From a phage, in the sequence record PV730300.1: DNA of 64,000 bases; one strand, given 5' to 3'. This document shows positions 9,412-18,822 of the stretch, one piece after another (position 1 is the first letter of the stretch; every line of letters starts with the position of its first letter). Position numbers and translations under genes: made by a program. The notes under the pieces were generated by a model. It saw nothing but the letters and a program-made list of their open reading frames with translations. It had not been told where the DNA came from and ran no database searches.

Positions 9412-9810
9412 ATGAAAAAGATCATCGTAGGTTTATTGTTACTCATTGCATCACTAGGAACAGCAAATGCGTCTCAAGTTTATGAGTGTGTGTCAGAGGT
9501 GGTTGTTAAAAATCTGAAAGGTGAAGTGATTTCTGGTCCTAAGAAAATGGCTTCTGTTGTCATTAATAAAGATAACTCTTTTATCCTTAAAAATTCAGGT
9601 GGTGCTTTGATGAGTGGCATTCTGCAATACACAGGAGAAAAAAGTAAAGATGGTAGTGCTATGTATGGTTCACAACAGTTTATTGGCACTACTAAAGTAG
9701 TAATGATGCGCACAGAGTATCGAGACACTTTGGCTTGGTTTGCATTTCTAAAAAATGATAAAACAATAACGAATGTTCTTACTCTAGAAGCTGATTGTAC
9801 GCAACGATAA
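9412..9810 (+). CDS. secreted protein with N-terminal signal peptide
   Basis: MKKIIVGLLLLIASLGTANA signal-like N-terminus; RBS AGAGGAGAG. Confidence 0.5.
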   Translation: MKKIIVGLLLLIASLGTANASQVYECVSEVVVKNLKGEVISGPKKMASVVINKDNSFILKNSGGALMSGILQYTGEKSKDGSAMYGSQQFIGTTKVVMMRTEYRDTLAWFAFLKNDKTITNVLTLEADCTQR

Positions 9811-9820
9811 GGGGGTATTT

Positions 9821-10267
9821 ATGACTAAAGTGCGACATTATGCTGTAAACTGCAATGATGTTTGGCGTTTGTGTCCTGATGATCCGACAGAAGGCACATT
9901 TGTAAAATATGAGGATTATAAAGAGTTATCGGATGCTGTGATCGCATTGTTAACCGATATCCGTTCACGTTATCCAGGACAAGATTTCACTTGCCCTCAC
10001 ATCAAACTTCTTGCTTGTCTGGTAGAAGGTGAGAAAGAAGTGGAAGATGGCTTCAAGCGTGTAGAGTATCAAGGTGAAATTTTAGAGGTTCCTGAATTTG
10101 TTAATTATATTGCAACAGATTCGAGTGGCGAGCGTTATGGCTACAGCCATAAGCCAGAGATTCCTGATTGGATTCCCGCTTGGAGATATTCCGTTAGTAC
10201 CGGAGACTATATCTTCCTTGGTGTAGGTAGTAGTAAGGATTGGCGGTTCTCTTTGACAGAGGTTTAA
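9821..10267 (+). CDS. hypothetical protein (148 aa)
   Basis: ORF track; RBS AAGGGGG. Confidence 0.5.
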   Translation: MTKVRHYAVNCNDVWRLCPDDPTEGTFVKYEDYKELSDAVIALLTDIRSRYPGQDFTCPHIKLLACLVEGEKEVEDGFKRVEYQGEILEVPEFVNYIATDSSGERYGYSHKPEIPDWIPAWRYSVSTGDYIFLGVGSSKDWRFSLTEV

Positions 10268-10271
10268 TAAT

Positions 10272-10535
10272 ATGGAAGAAACATTGCCAGCAGCATATCG
10301 TTTGAATGATGAGCGTATTTGGGAGTGGACCGACGTTTCTTGTTTTTACCCTGAAATAGTTCAATATTGGCGAGCGAAAGGGTGTGTTGTAGTTATCAAC
10401 CCTTGTGGACCAGTAGATGAAGATTGCTTGTATCTCGATGGGAAGTGGCACAGTTATTGTCGCTGGCCTTTTGAGTGGATGTGTAAAGAAGATCTCCCAG
10501 AGGGTTGGGAGTATCCAAAAGCAAATAGGAGATAA
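10272..10535 (+). CDS. hypothetical Cys/Trp-rich protein
   Basis: ORF track. Confidence 0.45.
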   Translation: MEETLPAAYRLNDERIWEWTDVSCFYPEIVQYWRAKGCVVVINPCGPVDEDCLYLDGKWHSYCRWPFEWMCKEDLPEGWEYPKANRR

Positions 10536-10536
10536 T

Positions 10537-10899
10537 ATGTCTAAAGATTTTGTTGAAGTATTTGTCAAAGATGAAGAAACTGGTTTAGGCACGGATTTCA
10601 TTTGTGAAGAAACTTTTAAGCGTGAACAAGAAAAAGCTATTCTTATGCACCGCTATGATCATGCACTAGAACAATGGAAAAATGCAGAACAAAAATGCAA
10701 AAACCTTTACGCAGAAAATAGAAAACTACAAGATCAAATGGAGTTGTTAGCTATCAGTTTACGATCTCTCATTTTGGCTGTAGAAGATGGCTTTAAAAAT
10801 CCAGATGGTTTTCCTGTGAGCGATATTGAACATGATTTGTATCTTGCTCGTGGTGCTTACTTTTATGTTAAACAGAAGTCTGTAGAAGGAGAGAAATGA
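10537..10899 (+). CDS. hypothetical protein (coiled-coil rich)
   Basis: Track ORF 10417..10899; ATG at 10537 after AATAGGAG. Confidence 0.45.
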   Translation: MSKDFVEVFVKDEETGLGTDFICEETFKREQEKAILMHRYDHALEQWKNAEQKCKNLYAENRKLQDQMELLAISLRSLILAVEDGFKNPDGFPVSDIEHDLYLARGAYFYVKQKSVEGEK

Positions 10900-11072
10900 T
10901 GGAAGAAAAACTGGAACGTATTATCGAGTTAGCCATGTCTATTGGCTACGACGATTGTTTTCTCCAAACCATTGGAGAATCAGAGAAAGATTACGACTCT
11001 TGGGTGAAAGAGTTGGAAGAACTCAAAACTTCCTTGATTGCTGACTTTGCTGAAGCAGAGGAGGATGAATAA
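10896..11072 (+). CDS. hypothetical small acidic protein (58 aa)
   Basis: Own translation; ATGA overlap with upstream and TAATG with downstream gene; below track cutoff. Confidence 0.35.
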   Translation: MMEEKLERIIELAMSIGYDDCFLQTIGESEKDYDSWVKELEELKTSLIADFAEAEEDE

Positions 11073-11299
11073 TGTCGGATTATAACTGGTATGAACTTGA
11101 AGCTGTTTGTCAGTTTTATGATTCAATAGTTCTACGTGATCCAATCTGTCAAGAATTAAGTCGCCGTGCAAGTGCATTGGCAATCCGTGTTAAAATAAAT
11201 GGTTGGGACGCAGATCTGGAAAAAGAATTGGAATTCCTTTTGGAAACAACTCGTGTCTTCCGTAAAGTATTCCCTCAATGGTTTAAGATGGAGGAATAA
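11072..11299 (+). CDS. hypothetical protein
   Basis: ORF track; RBS GAGGAGG. Confidence 0.5.
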   Translation: MSDYNWYELEAVCQFYDSIVLRDPICQELSRRASALAIRVKINGWDADLEKELEFLLETTRVFRKVFPQWFKMEE

Positions 11300-11301
11300 T
11301 C

Positions 11302-11514
11302 ATGTGGATTGTCCGTCTTAAGTATGATGGCAAGTTTCCGTGGGAGAAAGATGTTTGTGCCTGTGATTCGGCAGCACATGCCAAAGCAGCGGGTCAGGCA
11401 GTAGTTGACATGTATAACAACACTTCCGTTGATCCAGAAATGGGAGGTGTTACAATGAGCATGTTCACTTACTATTCTTTTGAGGTTTACTATCATGAAG
11501 GAGAGTGGAAATGA
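11302..11514 (+). CDS. hypothetical protein
   Basis: ORF track. Confidence 0.45.
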   Translation: MWIVRLKYDGKFPWEKDVCACDSAAHAKAAGQAVVDMYNNTSVDPEMGGVTMSMFTYYSFEVYYHEGEWK

Positions 11515-11831
11515 GCGAAGAACTATTAACATTTTACCGCACGTATTTGGCATGGTTGGAAGCTGGTGCTCCTGAAGGTGAACCGTTCACCCGTTGCACA
11601 GGATTGTGCTCGAACCTCTATGATTTTTACGATATAGGGGAAAACGAACGATACGAACCTGTACTGGATGAAATGCATGAGCAGTTCTACCGCAAAGGTT
11701 TGGTTATGGTGTTGCCTTTCAACAGTAATTTTGGAAAGTACACCTTAGAAGCGGAAAGAAGCCGTTGTCATTTGAATGTGGATCGTGTGAACTGGGTAAA
11801 AGAACGTGTAGCAGAAGAAATAATTGGTTGA
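11505..11831 (+). CDS. hypothetical protein, paralog family member (GLCSNL, LPFN, RCHLNVDRVNWVKER)
   Basis: Motif sharing with 4538 family. Confidence 0.55.
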   Translation: MEMSEELLTFYRTYLAWLEAGAPEGEPFTRCTGLCSNLYDFYDIGENERYEPVLDEMHEQFYRKGLVMVLPFNSNFGKYTLEAERSRCHLNVDRVNWVKERVAEEIIG

Positions 11832-11856
11832 CAGAAGGATCTGTCTTTGTCATAAT
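11828..11856 (+). promoter_or_regulatory. sigma70-like promoter (TTGACA-N17-CATAAT)
   Basis: Upstream of 11886 CDS. Confidence 0.4.
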
Positions 11857-11885
11857 CATCTCATCGAAACAGAGAGGAGAAAATC

Positions 11886-12299
11886 ATGAAACAGTTTATC
11901 TGCACCCGTTCCACTAACAGTGATATCCTTGTAGGTAAGGTTATCAAAGGAGAACTCTTCCATGCAAACGGTAAGAAATATATTCTGCTGAAAGATTCTT
12001 TCAACGGGGAATATCCGCGCTGCACTTTCTTCAATTACAACACTCCGTTTGCTTTAGAAGGAGATGCTTGGGAATGGGCTGAACTCAATCCTTGTTGTGA
12101 GGAAGAAGAATCTATGTTCTTAGGTTTAAACGTTTACCGTGTAGATTACACCATGTGCGGAGCGGAACATTCTGTTCGCGTAGAAGCCGAATCCAAACTA
12201 CAAGCACCTTTCAAGGCGGGATTGACTTTGGGTCATTGTTTGGCAAACATTGAAGATGTTGTGATCCAAAGGGTTGTTTTAGAGAAAGAGGCTATTTGA
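11886..12299 (+). CDS. hypothetical protein (137 aa)
   Basis: ORF track; RBS AGAGGAGAA. Confidence 0.5.
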   Translation: MKQFICTRSTNSDILVGKVIKGELFHANGKKYILLKDSFNGEYPRCTFFNYNTPFALEGDAWEWAELNPCCEEEESMFLGLNVYRVDYTMCGAEHSVRVEAESKLQAPFKAGLTLGHCLANIEDVVIQRVVLEKEAI

Positions 12300-12351
12300 C
12301 AGAAGACGGCACAATATTTAAATATAAAGATTAACCACAAAGGAGATAGAT

Positions 12352-12651
12352 ATGCAAGTTGAAGACCTGATCAAAATTTTGAATGAAGCCAAAGAGAAAG
12401 GTGCTATCAAGGACTGGAAACGTGAAACAAGTGAAGACCTATCTCACTGTTGCCGAGAATTTTACATCGAAGGTATTGCTGACGATCATTATATTATCGA
12501 ATGGTATATCAACTTAATGACTCTTAAGCACGGTTCGTTTGAGGTTTGGTTTGATGACATTGATGTAAATGGTTTTCATCCTGGCTATAAAATCGCTATG
12601 CAGTTGTCTTATCGTAGAGAAGTTGTAGCACATTTGGGTTTACATAATTAA
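12352..12651 (+). CDS. hypothetical protein
   Basis: ORF track; RBS AAAGGAG. Confidence 0.5.
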   Translation: MQVEDLIKILNEAKEKGAIKDWKRETSEDLSHCCREFYIEGIADDHYIIEWYINLMTLKHGSFEVWFDDIDVNGFHPGYKIAMQLSYRREVVAHLGLHN

Positions 12652-12661
12652 GGAGAAAAGA

Positions 12662-12985
12662 ATGCAAGCAGTTGTTAACGAAGCTATTATGAACTTATCC
12701 TTCTTGTTAGCTGGTTTAGGAGGTGTTCTCATAGGTTTGGCTCTTATCTGGTGTATTCGTCGATTAATCGGGTACCGACAAAAAGGTGTTTCATGTTTTG
12801 TATCTTACAATTTTACAACTGCTTACAGCAATGAGGTTGGATCTGGCAATGCTCAAGCATTTTTACCAACATATCCTCCTACGGTGGAAGATATTCGAAA
12901 CTTGGAAGTAGAACTTATGGGACTAAGTGATAACTATACATCTCTCGTTATTCAAAATATTTTTCGACTAAAACAGGAGGCGTGA
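12662..12985 (+). CDS. membrane protein (N-terminal TM helix)
   Basis: ORF track; hydrophobic segment LSFLLAGLGGVLIGLALIWCI. Confidence 0.45.
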   Translation: MQAVVNEAIMNLSFLLAGLGGVLIGLALIWCIRRLIGYRQKGVSCFVSYNFTTAYSNEVGSGNAQAFLPTYPPTVEDIRNLEVELMGLSDNYTSLVIQNIFRLKQEA

Positions 12986-13198
12986 ATGAAGGCACATTAC
13001 CCTCATCCCTTTGATCCTAAAAACAAAGCCGTAATTCTTCGTCAGTGGCAACGGGTTTGTCGTACTAAATGTCCAATTAATAGCCAACACGATGTGGACA
13101 AGGACTATCTTGGGACATTTGTTGAATACACTTACATAGACAAAAACAAGCGTAAACAACATGTCGAGGAATACTGCTTAAGAGTAGAATGGCTGTAA
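12986..13198 (+). CDS. hypothetical protein
   Basis: ORF track. Confidence 0.45.
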   Translation: MKAHYPHPFDPKNKAVILRQWQRVCRTKCPINSQHDVDKDYLGTFVEYTYIDKNKRKQHVEEYCLRVEWL

Positions 13199-13210
13199 AT
13201 AATAAATACC

Positions 13211-13239
13211 TTGACAAGTGTTTATTCGTTTTGTAAAGT
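13211..13239 (+). promoter_or_regulatory. sigma70-like promoter (TTGACA-N17-TAAAGT)
   Basis: Same -10 hexamer as promoters at 307 and 879; upstream of recombinase gene. Confidence 0.45.
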
Positions 13240-13268
13240 GAGAATACAGCAATGGTTTAGGAGTGGTT

Positions 13269-13940
13269 ATGAAAAAGTTTGTTGTTTACAGTCGTCTTTC
13301 TAAACAGAAAAAAGGTGAGGCACAATATGGTATGGAGAGCCAAGAGAACGATATCCGTTACTTCTTAGACTCTGTGCCTGATGCGGAAGTTATTGGTCAA
13401 TTTTCTGAATACTATTCGGGTAAGGGCGATTGGAAGCAACGTAAAGAACTGGTTAAAGCGGTTGAAATGTGTAAAGCTACCGGAGCAACTTTATTGGTAG
13501 CTAAAGTTGACCGCTTGGGTCGTAACAACGCCTCCGTAGCAACTCTTCTGGAGATGATCAATGTTAAGATAGCCATCATGCCAGACGCAGATAAAATGGT
13601 TATACAGCTTCTATCTGTTCTGGCTGAACAAGAAGTTAGAGGTATTGCTGATCGTATTAAAAAGGGTCTTGCTGTAGCAAAAAGTAAAGGTGTTTTATTA
13701 GGTAGTGCTAATCCTAAAACTGCCGCTGCACGTAGAAAAGGAAAAATGGAATACAACTCTGTTAAAGCAGATGCTTTTGCAGAGACATTCCGTGAACGCT
13801 TGGAGATCCTTAGAGATTTAAATACACCTTACAAAACTATTGCTGAAAAATTCAATAGTAAGAAAATAGCAACAGCACGTGGTGGTAAATGGGATGCTAA
13901 AACTGTTTCTCGTTTGTGTGCCAGACTTAACATTAAATAG
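13269..13940 (+). CDS. serine recombinase (resolvase/invertase family) with C-terminal HTH
   Basis: YSRLSKQ catalytic-Ser region, VAKVDRLGRN, EQEVRGIADRIKKGL motifs typical of small serine recombinases. Confidence 0.65.
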   Translation: MKKFVVYSRLSKQKKGEAQYGMESQENDIRYFLDSVPDAEVIGQFSEYYSGKGDWKQRKELVKAVEMCKATGATLLVAKVDRLGRNNASVATLLEMINVKIAIMPDADKMVIQLLSVLAEQEVRGIADRIKKGLAVAKSKGVLLGSANPKTAAARRKGKMEYNSVKADAFAETFRERLEILRDLNTPYKTIAEKFNSKKIATARGGKWDAKTVSRLCARLNIK

Positions 13941-13948
13941 GAGAGGAT

Positions 13949-14359
13949 ATGAAACAAGAAAATGAATCTGTAGATCACTTAATCATGCTGTCAGCCCTTT
14001 TTGCCGGATGGGACGTATTTTTTGAAAATTTGTTCAATTCTGCTACAGATGGTTCCGATTTTATGCGGCAGTTTAAACGACGAACTGTTGAGGACTATGC
14101 TTTCTATTCAGGTCGGATTGAAAAAGGTTACGAAGATACAAATACAACACTCACCATTAAAGTTTTAGATGTGATGTTTAGTGTTATAGATGCTATCGAC
14201 GAAAGTCTTCCGATCCTAGACAATTGTAATACGAAAGCCTATGTTTACAAAATAGCTCGTGCTTATGTGTCTGCAAACAGTTGTCTTCTTTCCACCCAGA
14301 TTGCCGTGAACAATCTTGCCAACTTGTTTGATGAAGGAGAAACTTTTTATGACAATTGA
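13949..14359 (+). CDS. hypothetical protein
   Basis: ORF track; RBS GGAGAGGA. Confidence 0.5.
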   Translation: MKQENESVDHLIMLSALFAGWDVFFENLFNSATDGSDFMRQFKRRTVEDYAFYSGRIEKGYEDTNTTLTIKVLDVMFSVIDAIDESLPILDNCNTKAYVYKIARAYVSANSCLLSTQIAVNNLANLFDEGETFYDN

Positions 14360-14714
14360 TTTGAAGTGTAAGAGGATTCTTTTAGATTTCTATAATAATT
14401 GGTTAGAACACCTCCGTCTTTTTCCAAGAGAAAGTGGTTACGCTGATGTTGGCTTATGCCGAGGTCTACGTATGTATATAAGTGATGAATTTCGGGCCGA
14501 GCATTCTTTAGCATATTCTGTTTATGGTATGCAATTAGCCAGTTTTGAAAACGCTGGTTTAGATACAACTTTCCCATTTAACACAGCAAAATCTTTTGAG
14601 CAAGAGTGTAAGGAAAAACGTTGCATGTTTAATGAAAAACGTGTACAGTGGGTTAAGGATCAAGTTAAACAATTGGAACAAGAGTTGGATTTCTTTTATG
14701 ATGAGGCAGAATAA
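14349..14714 (+). CDS. hypothetical protein, paralog family member (GLCRGL, FPFN, RVQWVKDQ)
   Basis: Track ORF 14316..14714; ATG at 14349 after GAAGGAGAA. Confidence 0.5.
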   Translation: MTIDLKCKRILLDFYNNWLEHLRLFPRESGYADVGLCRGLRMYISDEFRAEHSLAYSVYGMQLASFENAGLDTTFPFNTAKSFEQECKEKRCMFNEKRVQWVKDQVKQLEQELDFFYDEAE

Positions 14715-14986
14715 TGGATAGACAAACCTTAAAAACAATGGCAGATGCTACTAATTCCCCGTACTTTGAAAAAGTAAGTAAATTGGTAGCTCAAGCCGCA
14801 GAGGAAGGATATTATAACATAAACATCCACAACCCAAGTCTTATACTAGAAATGCCAAGTGATAAGAAGATGCAAGAAAGTATCTGTGAAGGTATTGTTA
14901 GTTACTGGCGCGAGCGTGGGTGTGGTGCAAACATGGCTTTAGACAGTGCAAACATTGTAAGATATATAAATATTTCTTGGGGGTGA
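14714..14986 (+). CDS. hypothetical protein
   Basis: ORF track. Confidence 0.45.
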   Translation: MDRQTLKTMADATNSPYFEKVSKLVAQAAEEGYYNINIHNPSLILEMPSDKKMQESICEGIVSYWRERGCGANMALDSANIVRYINISWG

Positions 14987-14990
14987 TTTT

Positions 14991-15602
14991 ATGATTCAAT
15001 GCACTCATATCCAAATTACTTGGAGAGATGAACTTTACCATTTGGGACAATTTACTGTAGGGGAAACATACCCTATCATTAAACATAATCCTAACATCGT
15101 AAACTTTGACAGGATGGTTCTTGTTGAGGATGATCTAGGTCAAACTTATTCTTTAGATCTAAAATGTCCGTTTTCTTACGGCTACGATTGGATCGTTACT
15201 TTTGAAGACGTGGAGGAAAATAAAACAATGAACGAAAAAAATTCTTGGTATTATCGTTGTGAACTGCCGCCAGTAGGTGAAAAGGTTATCTTTGTTCCTG
15301 ACTTGGAAAGATATTCTTGGGACAGTTCTTATTCTATTCCTAAAGAAGGCACCGAAGTTGAAGTTATTGCACATCGCACAACTTCGCATGGTAACGATGT
15401 AGCAGTTGTTTTCTGGGATGATGAAGGCGCTGCTTGTGCAGGTGGCTTTGTTGCAGGTAATTTTGAACCCCTGCCAGATCCTTTGAAGGAGGCAATTTTA
15501 GGCGTAGCTTCTTTTGGACTCTCTTACACGTCTGCACAGGAGATCGTAGAAGGTATTTTAAACGGTACCGTTCCAAACGAAATTTTCAAACAGATTAAAT
15601 AA
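14991..15602 (+). CDS. hypothetical protein (203 aa)
   Basis: ORF track. Confidence 0.5.
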   Translation: MIQCTHIQITWRDELYHLGQFTVGETYPIIKHNPNIVNFDRMVLVEDDLGQTYSLDLKCPFSYGYDWIVTFEDVEENKTMNEKNSWYYRCELPPVGEKVIFVPDLERYSWDSSYSIPKEGTEVEVIAHRTTSHGNDVAVVFWDDEGAACAGGFVAGNFEPLPDPLKEAILGVASFGLSYTSAQEIVEGILNGTVPNEIFKQIK

Positions 15603-15608
15603 CAGTTG

Positions 15609-15633
15609 CACCCCGTTCTTCGGGGTGTTATTG
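15609..15633 (+). terminator. rho-independent terminator (CACCCCG-TTCTT-CGGGGTG + T-rich)
   Basis: 7-bp GC-rich stem directly after 14991 CDS. Confidence 0.5.
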
Positions 15634-15653
15634 TATACGTAAAGGAGGAGATA

Positions 15654-15992
15654 ATGTATTACACTGAAGACTACATACTGTATAACTTTTTTAAAGGCTG
15701 GTTGAAATGGGCTGAACAAGCTCCTGTCGGAGATTGTGTTTTTCCTTGGGATTCTCGTCAAGGTTTGTGTCGTTGTTTGGAAGATTGGCTTATAACCACA
15801 AACTACAACTCAGAAACTAAGAAATCTACATCACAAAGACTAAAAATGTTATTTGAAGAAGATGGTTTAGATCCGATTTATCCTTTCGGTGAGGAAAGTT
15901 TCCACAATGGTCTTTTCCTTGGCACTCAACATTATGATAAAGATCGTGTAGATTGGGTAAAAGAAAAGGTAGCACAGTATGAATGGGGTTAA
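15654..15992 (+). CDS. hypothetical protein, paralog family member (GLCRCL, YPFG, RVDWVKEK)
   Basis: Track ORF 15606..15992; ATG at 15654 after AAAGGAGGAG. Confidence 0.5.
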   Translation: MYYTEDYILYNFFKGWLKWAEQAPVGDCVFPWDSRQGLCRCLEDWLITTNYNSETKKSTSQRLKMLFEEDGLDPIYPFGEESFHNGLFLGTQHYDKDRVDWVKEKVAQYEWG

Positions 15993-16182
15993 GAATTATC
16001 ACCGCTGGTTAGAAAGCTATCTTAAGAAATGCGAACTTGGTGTTCCAGGTTATACTTACGACACGGACGAGATTCTTGATGAAATGGAAGTTTGGTTTAA
16101 AGAGCCTCGTGAACTATTGGCAAATATTCTAATGGCTTGGGATGGTACGGCACAAAGCATCGAAGGAGGTAGAAATGAGTAA
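15979..16182 (+). CDS. hypothetical protein
   Basis: ORF track. Confidence 0.4.
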   Translation: MNGVKNYHRWLESYLKKCELGVPGYTYDTDEILDEMEVWFKEPRELLANILMAWDGTAQSIEGGRNE

Positions 16183-16326
16183 GAAATTGTTTAATATTCG
16201 TGAGAATCGTGATGGATCGTTCTCTGTAGTCAATGAATTTAACGTTTCGGTTGGGACTTTTATTACTAAACGTCAAGCAGAACAAGTAAGAGATACTTTA
16301 AACAAGTAAGTTTTTAAGGGGGACTT

Positions 16327-16746
16327 ATGTTAGGTAAGATCAAAGCTTTTTTCAAACGTATTATTGAAGGAAGTCCAACAGAAGGTGCATTAGGAAGATC
16401 TCTAACAGGAGAACCACTTGCCATAATTTCTATCAGTCGTCATGGTGGATATTCCATTCGACAAACACCTTTAGGTATAGAAGGTAGTATGCTTTCTTGG
16501 ACAATATCTCAAGTTGGTGATAACAGACTTGCAGCTATAGCATTGCTTCGTGGGGAGTATGACTATTGTTTATCAGCATCTTGTAAAAAGCACCTCATAG
16601 AGCACATTAGAGACAGAGTAGAAAGAGAAGGCGGATACTTCTTCGAAACTAAGAGAAACGAACAAGGAACTCTTGACTTCACTAAGGTTTACTGGGACAA
16701 TCATACTCGTCAAACTGTTGAACAACTTCTGGAGGAAAGATGTTAA
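16327..16746 (+). CDS. hypothetical protein (139 aa)
   Basis: ORF track; RBS AAGGGGGA. Confidence 0.5.
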   Translation: MLGKIKAFFKRIIEGSPTEGALGRSLTGEPLAIISISRHGGYSIRQTPLGIEGSMLSWTISQVGDNRLAAIALLRGEYDYCLSASCKKHLIEHIRDRVEREGGYFFETKRNEQGTLDFTKVYWDNHTRQTVEQLLEERC

Positions 16747-16949
16747 AAGCTTTTGCTATATACTCTACTGTAGGATTCTTTTATTGGATTATAGTTATTG
16801 CCGGATGTTGGTTAGGTTCTTGTGTTGTGATGGGAGAATGGTTAACATACAACGTATTTGAATGGGATGTAGTTTGTAGATCATTACTTGTTATATGGAC
16901 TGCTATTGTTTGTTGGATAACTGTTAGTCTAACATTAGATCTATATTGA
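16740..16949 (+). CDS. small membrane protein (2 predicted TM segments)
   Basis: ORF track; hydrophobic. Confidence 0.4.
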   Translation: MLKAFAIYSTVGFFYWIIVIAGCWLGSCVVMGEWLTYNVFEWDVVCRSLLVIWTAIVCWITVSLTLDLY

Positions 16950-17309
16950 TTAATAGATGGTAGATAGATGATCATAGTTTATCTACCTTCACTTACGTTT
17001 CATACCTCACTATCGTGAGTAACATGAAACATTATTATATAGAAATCTACTACTCGCTATCGCTCGTAAACATATGTTTAGGGTACCATATTTTTTTGAA
17101 AAAGTCAATGCTGATTCACCTATCAATTATCTGTTTAAGATAAGTCTTACCTATCAATCTAACTCTTAACTAGTATTGCACCTATAGTCAGACTATTCCT
17201 ATAGTTATTAACCCTCTTCTTCTATAGAATGTAATTAGATCCTTGACAAACTCACAAAACCTGTGTTACATTGTGTCTCACAGGTGAATAATACCAAACA
17301 GGAGGAAGA

Positions 17310-17525
17310 ATGAGTTCCAATTTTCTATACAAAGCAAAAGATTCACGAGATGGAGAGAACCATTGGTGGTTGATCACAGAAGATGGTGTTATCATCCTAC
17401 CGTGGGACGGAGAGACGAAAGTTCAAATACTAGAGAAAGTAAAAGGTGTTAGTTTTAATGTTAGTCATGACATAACAACTTTCAAAGCTTTTGCTATGAA
17501 TCCTAGTCTTGTTGCCGAATGGTAA
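17310..17525 (+). CDS. hypothetical protein
   Basis: ORF track; RBS AGGAGGAAG; promoter-like TTGACA at 17243. Confidence 0.5.
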   Translation: MSSNFLYKAKDSRDGENHWWLITEDGVIILPWDGETKVQILEKVKGVSFNVSHDITTFKAFAMNPSLVAEW

Positions 17526-17537
17526 TCCAGGAGAAAA

Positions 17538-17757
17538 TATGACTAAAATGTATGCAGCCGTTGATAAGCTGGATGGGTCTGATTCTGTTTTTATTTTGAA
17601 TAAAATGGGTGTCTTAGTTTATGCCCGAACTTCTCAAAATGTAGAACACCAAGTGGAAGCAGCACAAATTTTAGAGCAAATAACCCCTCCATACCTATAC
17701 TCAAATGTTGAGCGTTTTAACGATGCACTTGGTTTGACGTTAATAGCGGAATGGTAA
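17538..17757 (+). CDS. hypothetical protein (C-terminal AEW shared with 17310 ORF)
   Basis: Track ORF 17509..17757; ATG at 17538 after AGGAGAAAAT. Confidence 0.45.
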
Positions 17758-17957
17758 TAATGGCGAAAATGTTGGAAATTGATAATGTCGTAACAATCAC
17801 TACGTCCATACCTTGTCCTCCTATGCCTTGTCCCTATTGTGGTGGTGCAAGATATGTTATGGCGGATGTAGGTCAAATTTACGAGTGTAACCCGTGCAAA
17901 ACCACAGGTTATATCCAAATAGAATCAGAGGAGAAACACTATGAGCCAAAACGCTAA
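17751..17957 (+). CDS. hypothetical zinc-ribbon protein
   Basis: CPYCGG...CNPCK motif. Confidence 0.45.
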   Translation: MVIMAKMLEIDNVVTITTSIPCPPMPCPYCGGARYVMADVGQIYECNPCKTTGYIQIESEEKHYEPKR

Positions 17958-18390
17958 AGAAAAAGAAGTAATCACGGTAATCCGTCAGATGGAAGGTGCC
18001 GAAAACAATGCTTTTGTTACTAAGATTCTTCTTAACATCTTTGAAGATGTTATTTTAAACAATCCTGGTCATAAAGATTATCAGTATGATGTTATGATGG
18101 GTGCTTTGCTTGAAATTAACAAAAACACTTTTGCTGAATATGAGCAACACATGCTTTTACCAGAGGAAGATCAGGATTATTTGTTATCTGGTGCTTTAAG
18201 TGCACAAGAAAATTTCTACCACGTTCTTAATATGGCTTATGCAGATGAACTTGCTGTTTCCCTTGAAGAGCGGATTCAAATGGTTCGTGACGTAATGAAT
18301 GAACAAATCCAAGAAGTTGAAGATCTGGTAGCAGAGCCTTTAGCAGAAATTCGTGCAGCTATTGAAAAACAAAAAGGAACTCAATCATGA
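17941..18390 (+). CDS. hypothetical protein (149 aa)
   Basis: ORF track. Confidence 0.5.
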   Translation: MSQNAKEKEVITVIRQMEGAENNAFVTKILLNIFEDVILNNPGHKDYQYDVMMGALLEINKNTFAEYEQHMLLPEEDQDYLLSGALSAQENFYHVLNMAYADELAVSLEERIQMVRDVMNEQIQEVEDLVAEPLAEIRAAIEKQKGTQS

Positions 18391-18554
18391 TGCAAGTAGG
18401 TGATGTTGTTTGTCTTAAAGGTGCAAACAAACAAATGACAGTAATAGAAAGTTATGGTGAATCTTGTAAAGTAACTTGGTTTGATGAAAACGGGGAGTTG
18501 CAACACGCTATATTCGATCAAAAAGCTTTGAGGAAGGTTGAAGAAAAAGAATGA
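18387..18554 (+). CDS. hypothetical small protein (55 aa)
   Basis: Own translation; overlaps stop of upstream gene; below track cutoff. Confidence 0.3.
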   Translation: MMQVGDVVCLKGANKQMTVIESYGESCKVTWFDENGELQHAIFDQKALRKVEEKE

Positions 18555-18814
18555 GCCATCCGTCAATATTTTTCTGTTTTGTAGATCTTGAAAACGAGTC
18601 TTTAATCGTTGATAGTGAGGGTTACTTCACTTATTGGGAATCCGAGCACGAAACTATAAGTGTAGTGAAAGAAATTATGCAAACCAATCCAAACCTACCA
18701 GCGCATAAGTACGGTATTGCAAAAGTGTTTGTTACTAAAACAGAGTACACAAAAGAGCGAAGCACTTTGTACCATAATATTGAAGTGATTCACTATTTCA
18801 AAGATGTTATTTAG
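18551..18814 (+). CDS. hypothetical protein
   Basis: ORF track. Confidence 0.45.
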   Translation: MSHPSIFFCFVDLENESLIVDSEGYFTYWESEHETISVVKEIMQTNPNLPAHKYGIAKVFVTKTEYTKERSTLYHNIEVIHYFKDVI

Positions 18815-18822
18815 GAGGTTAT

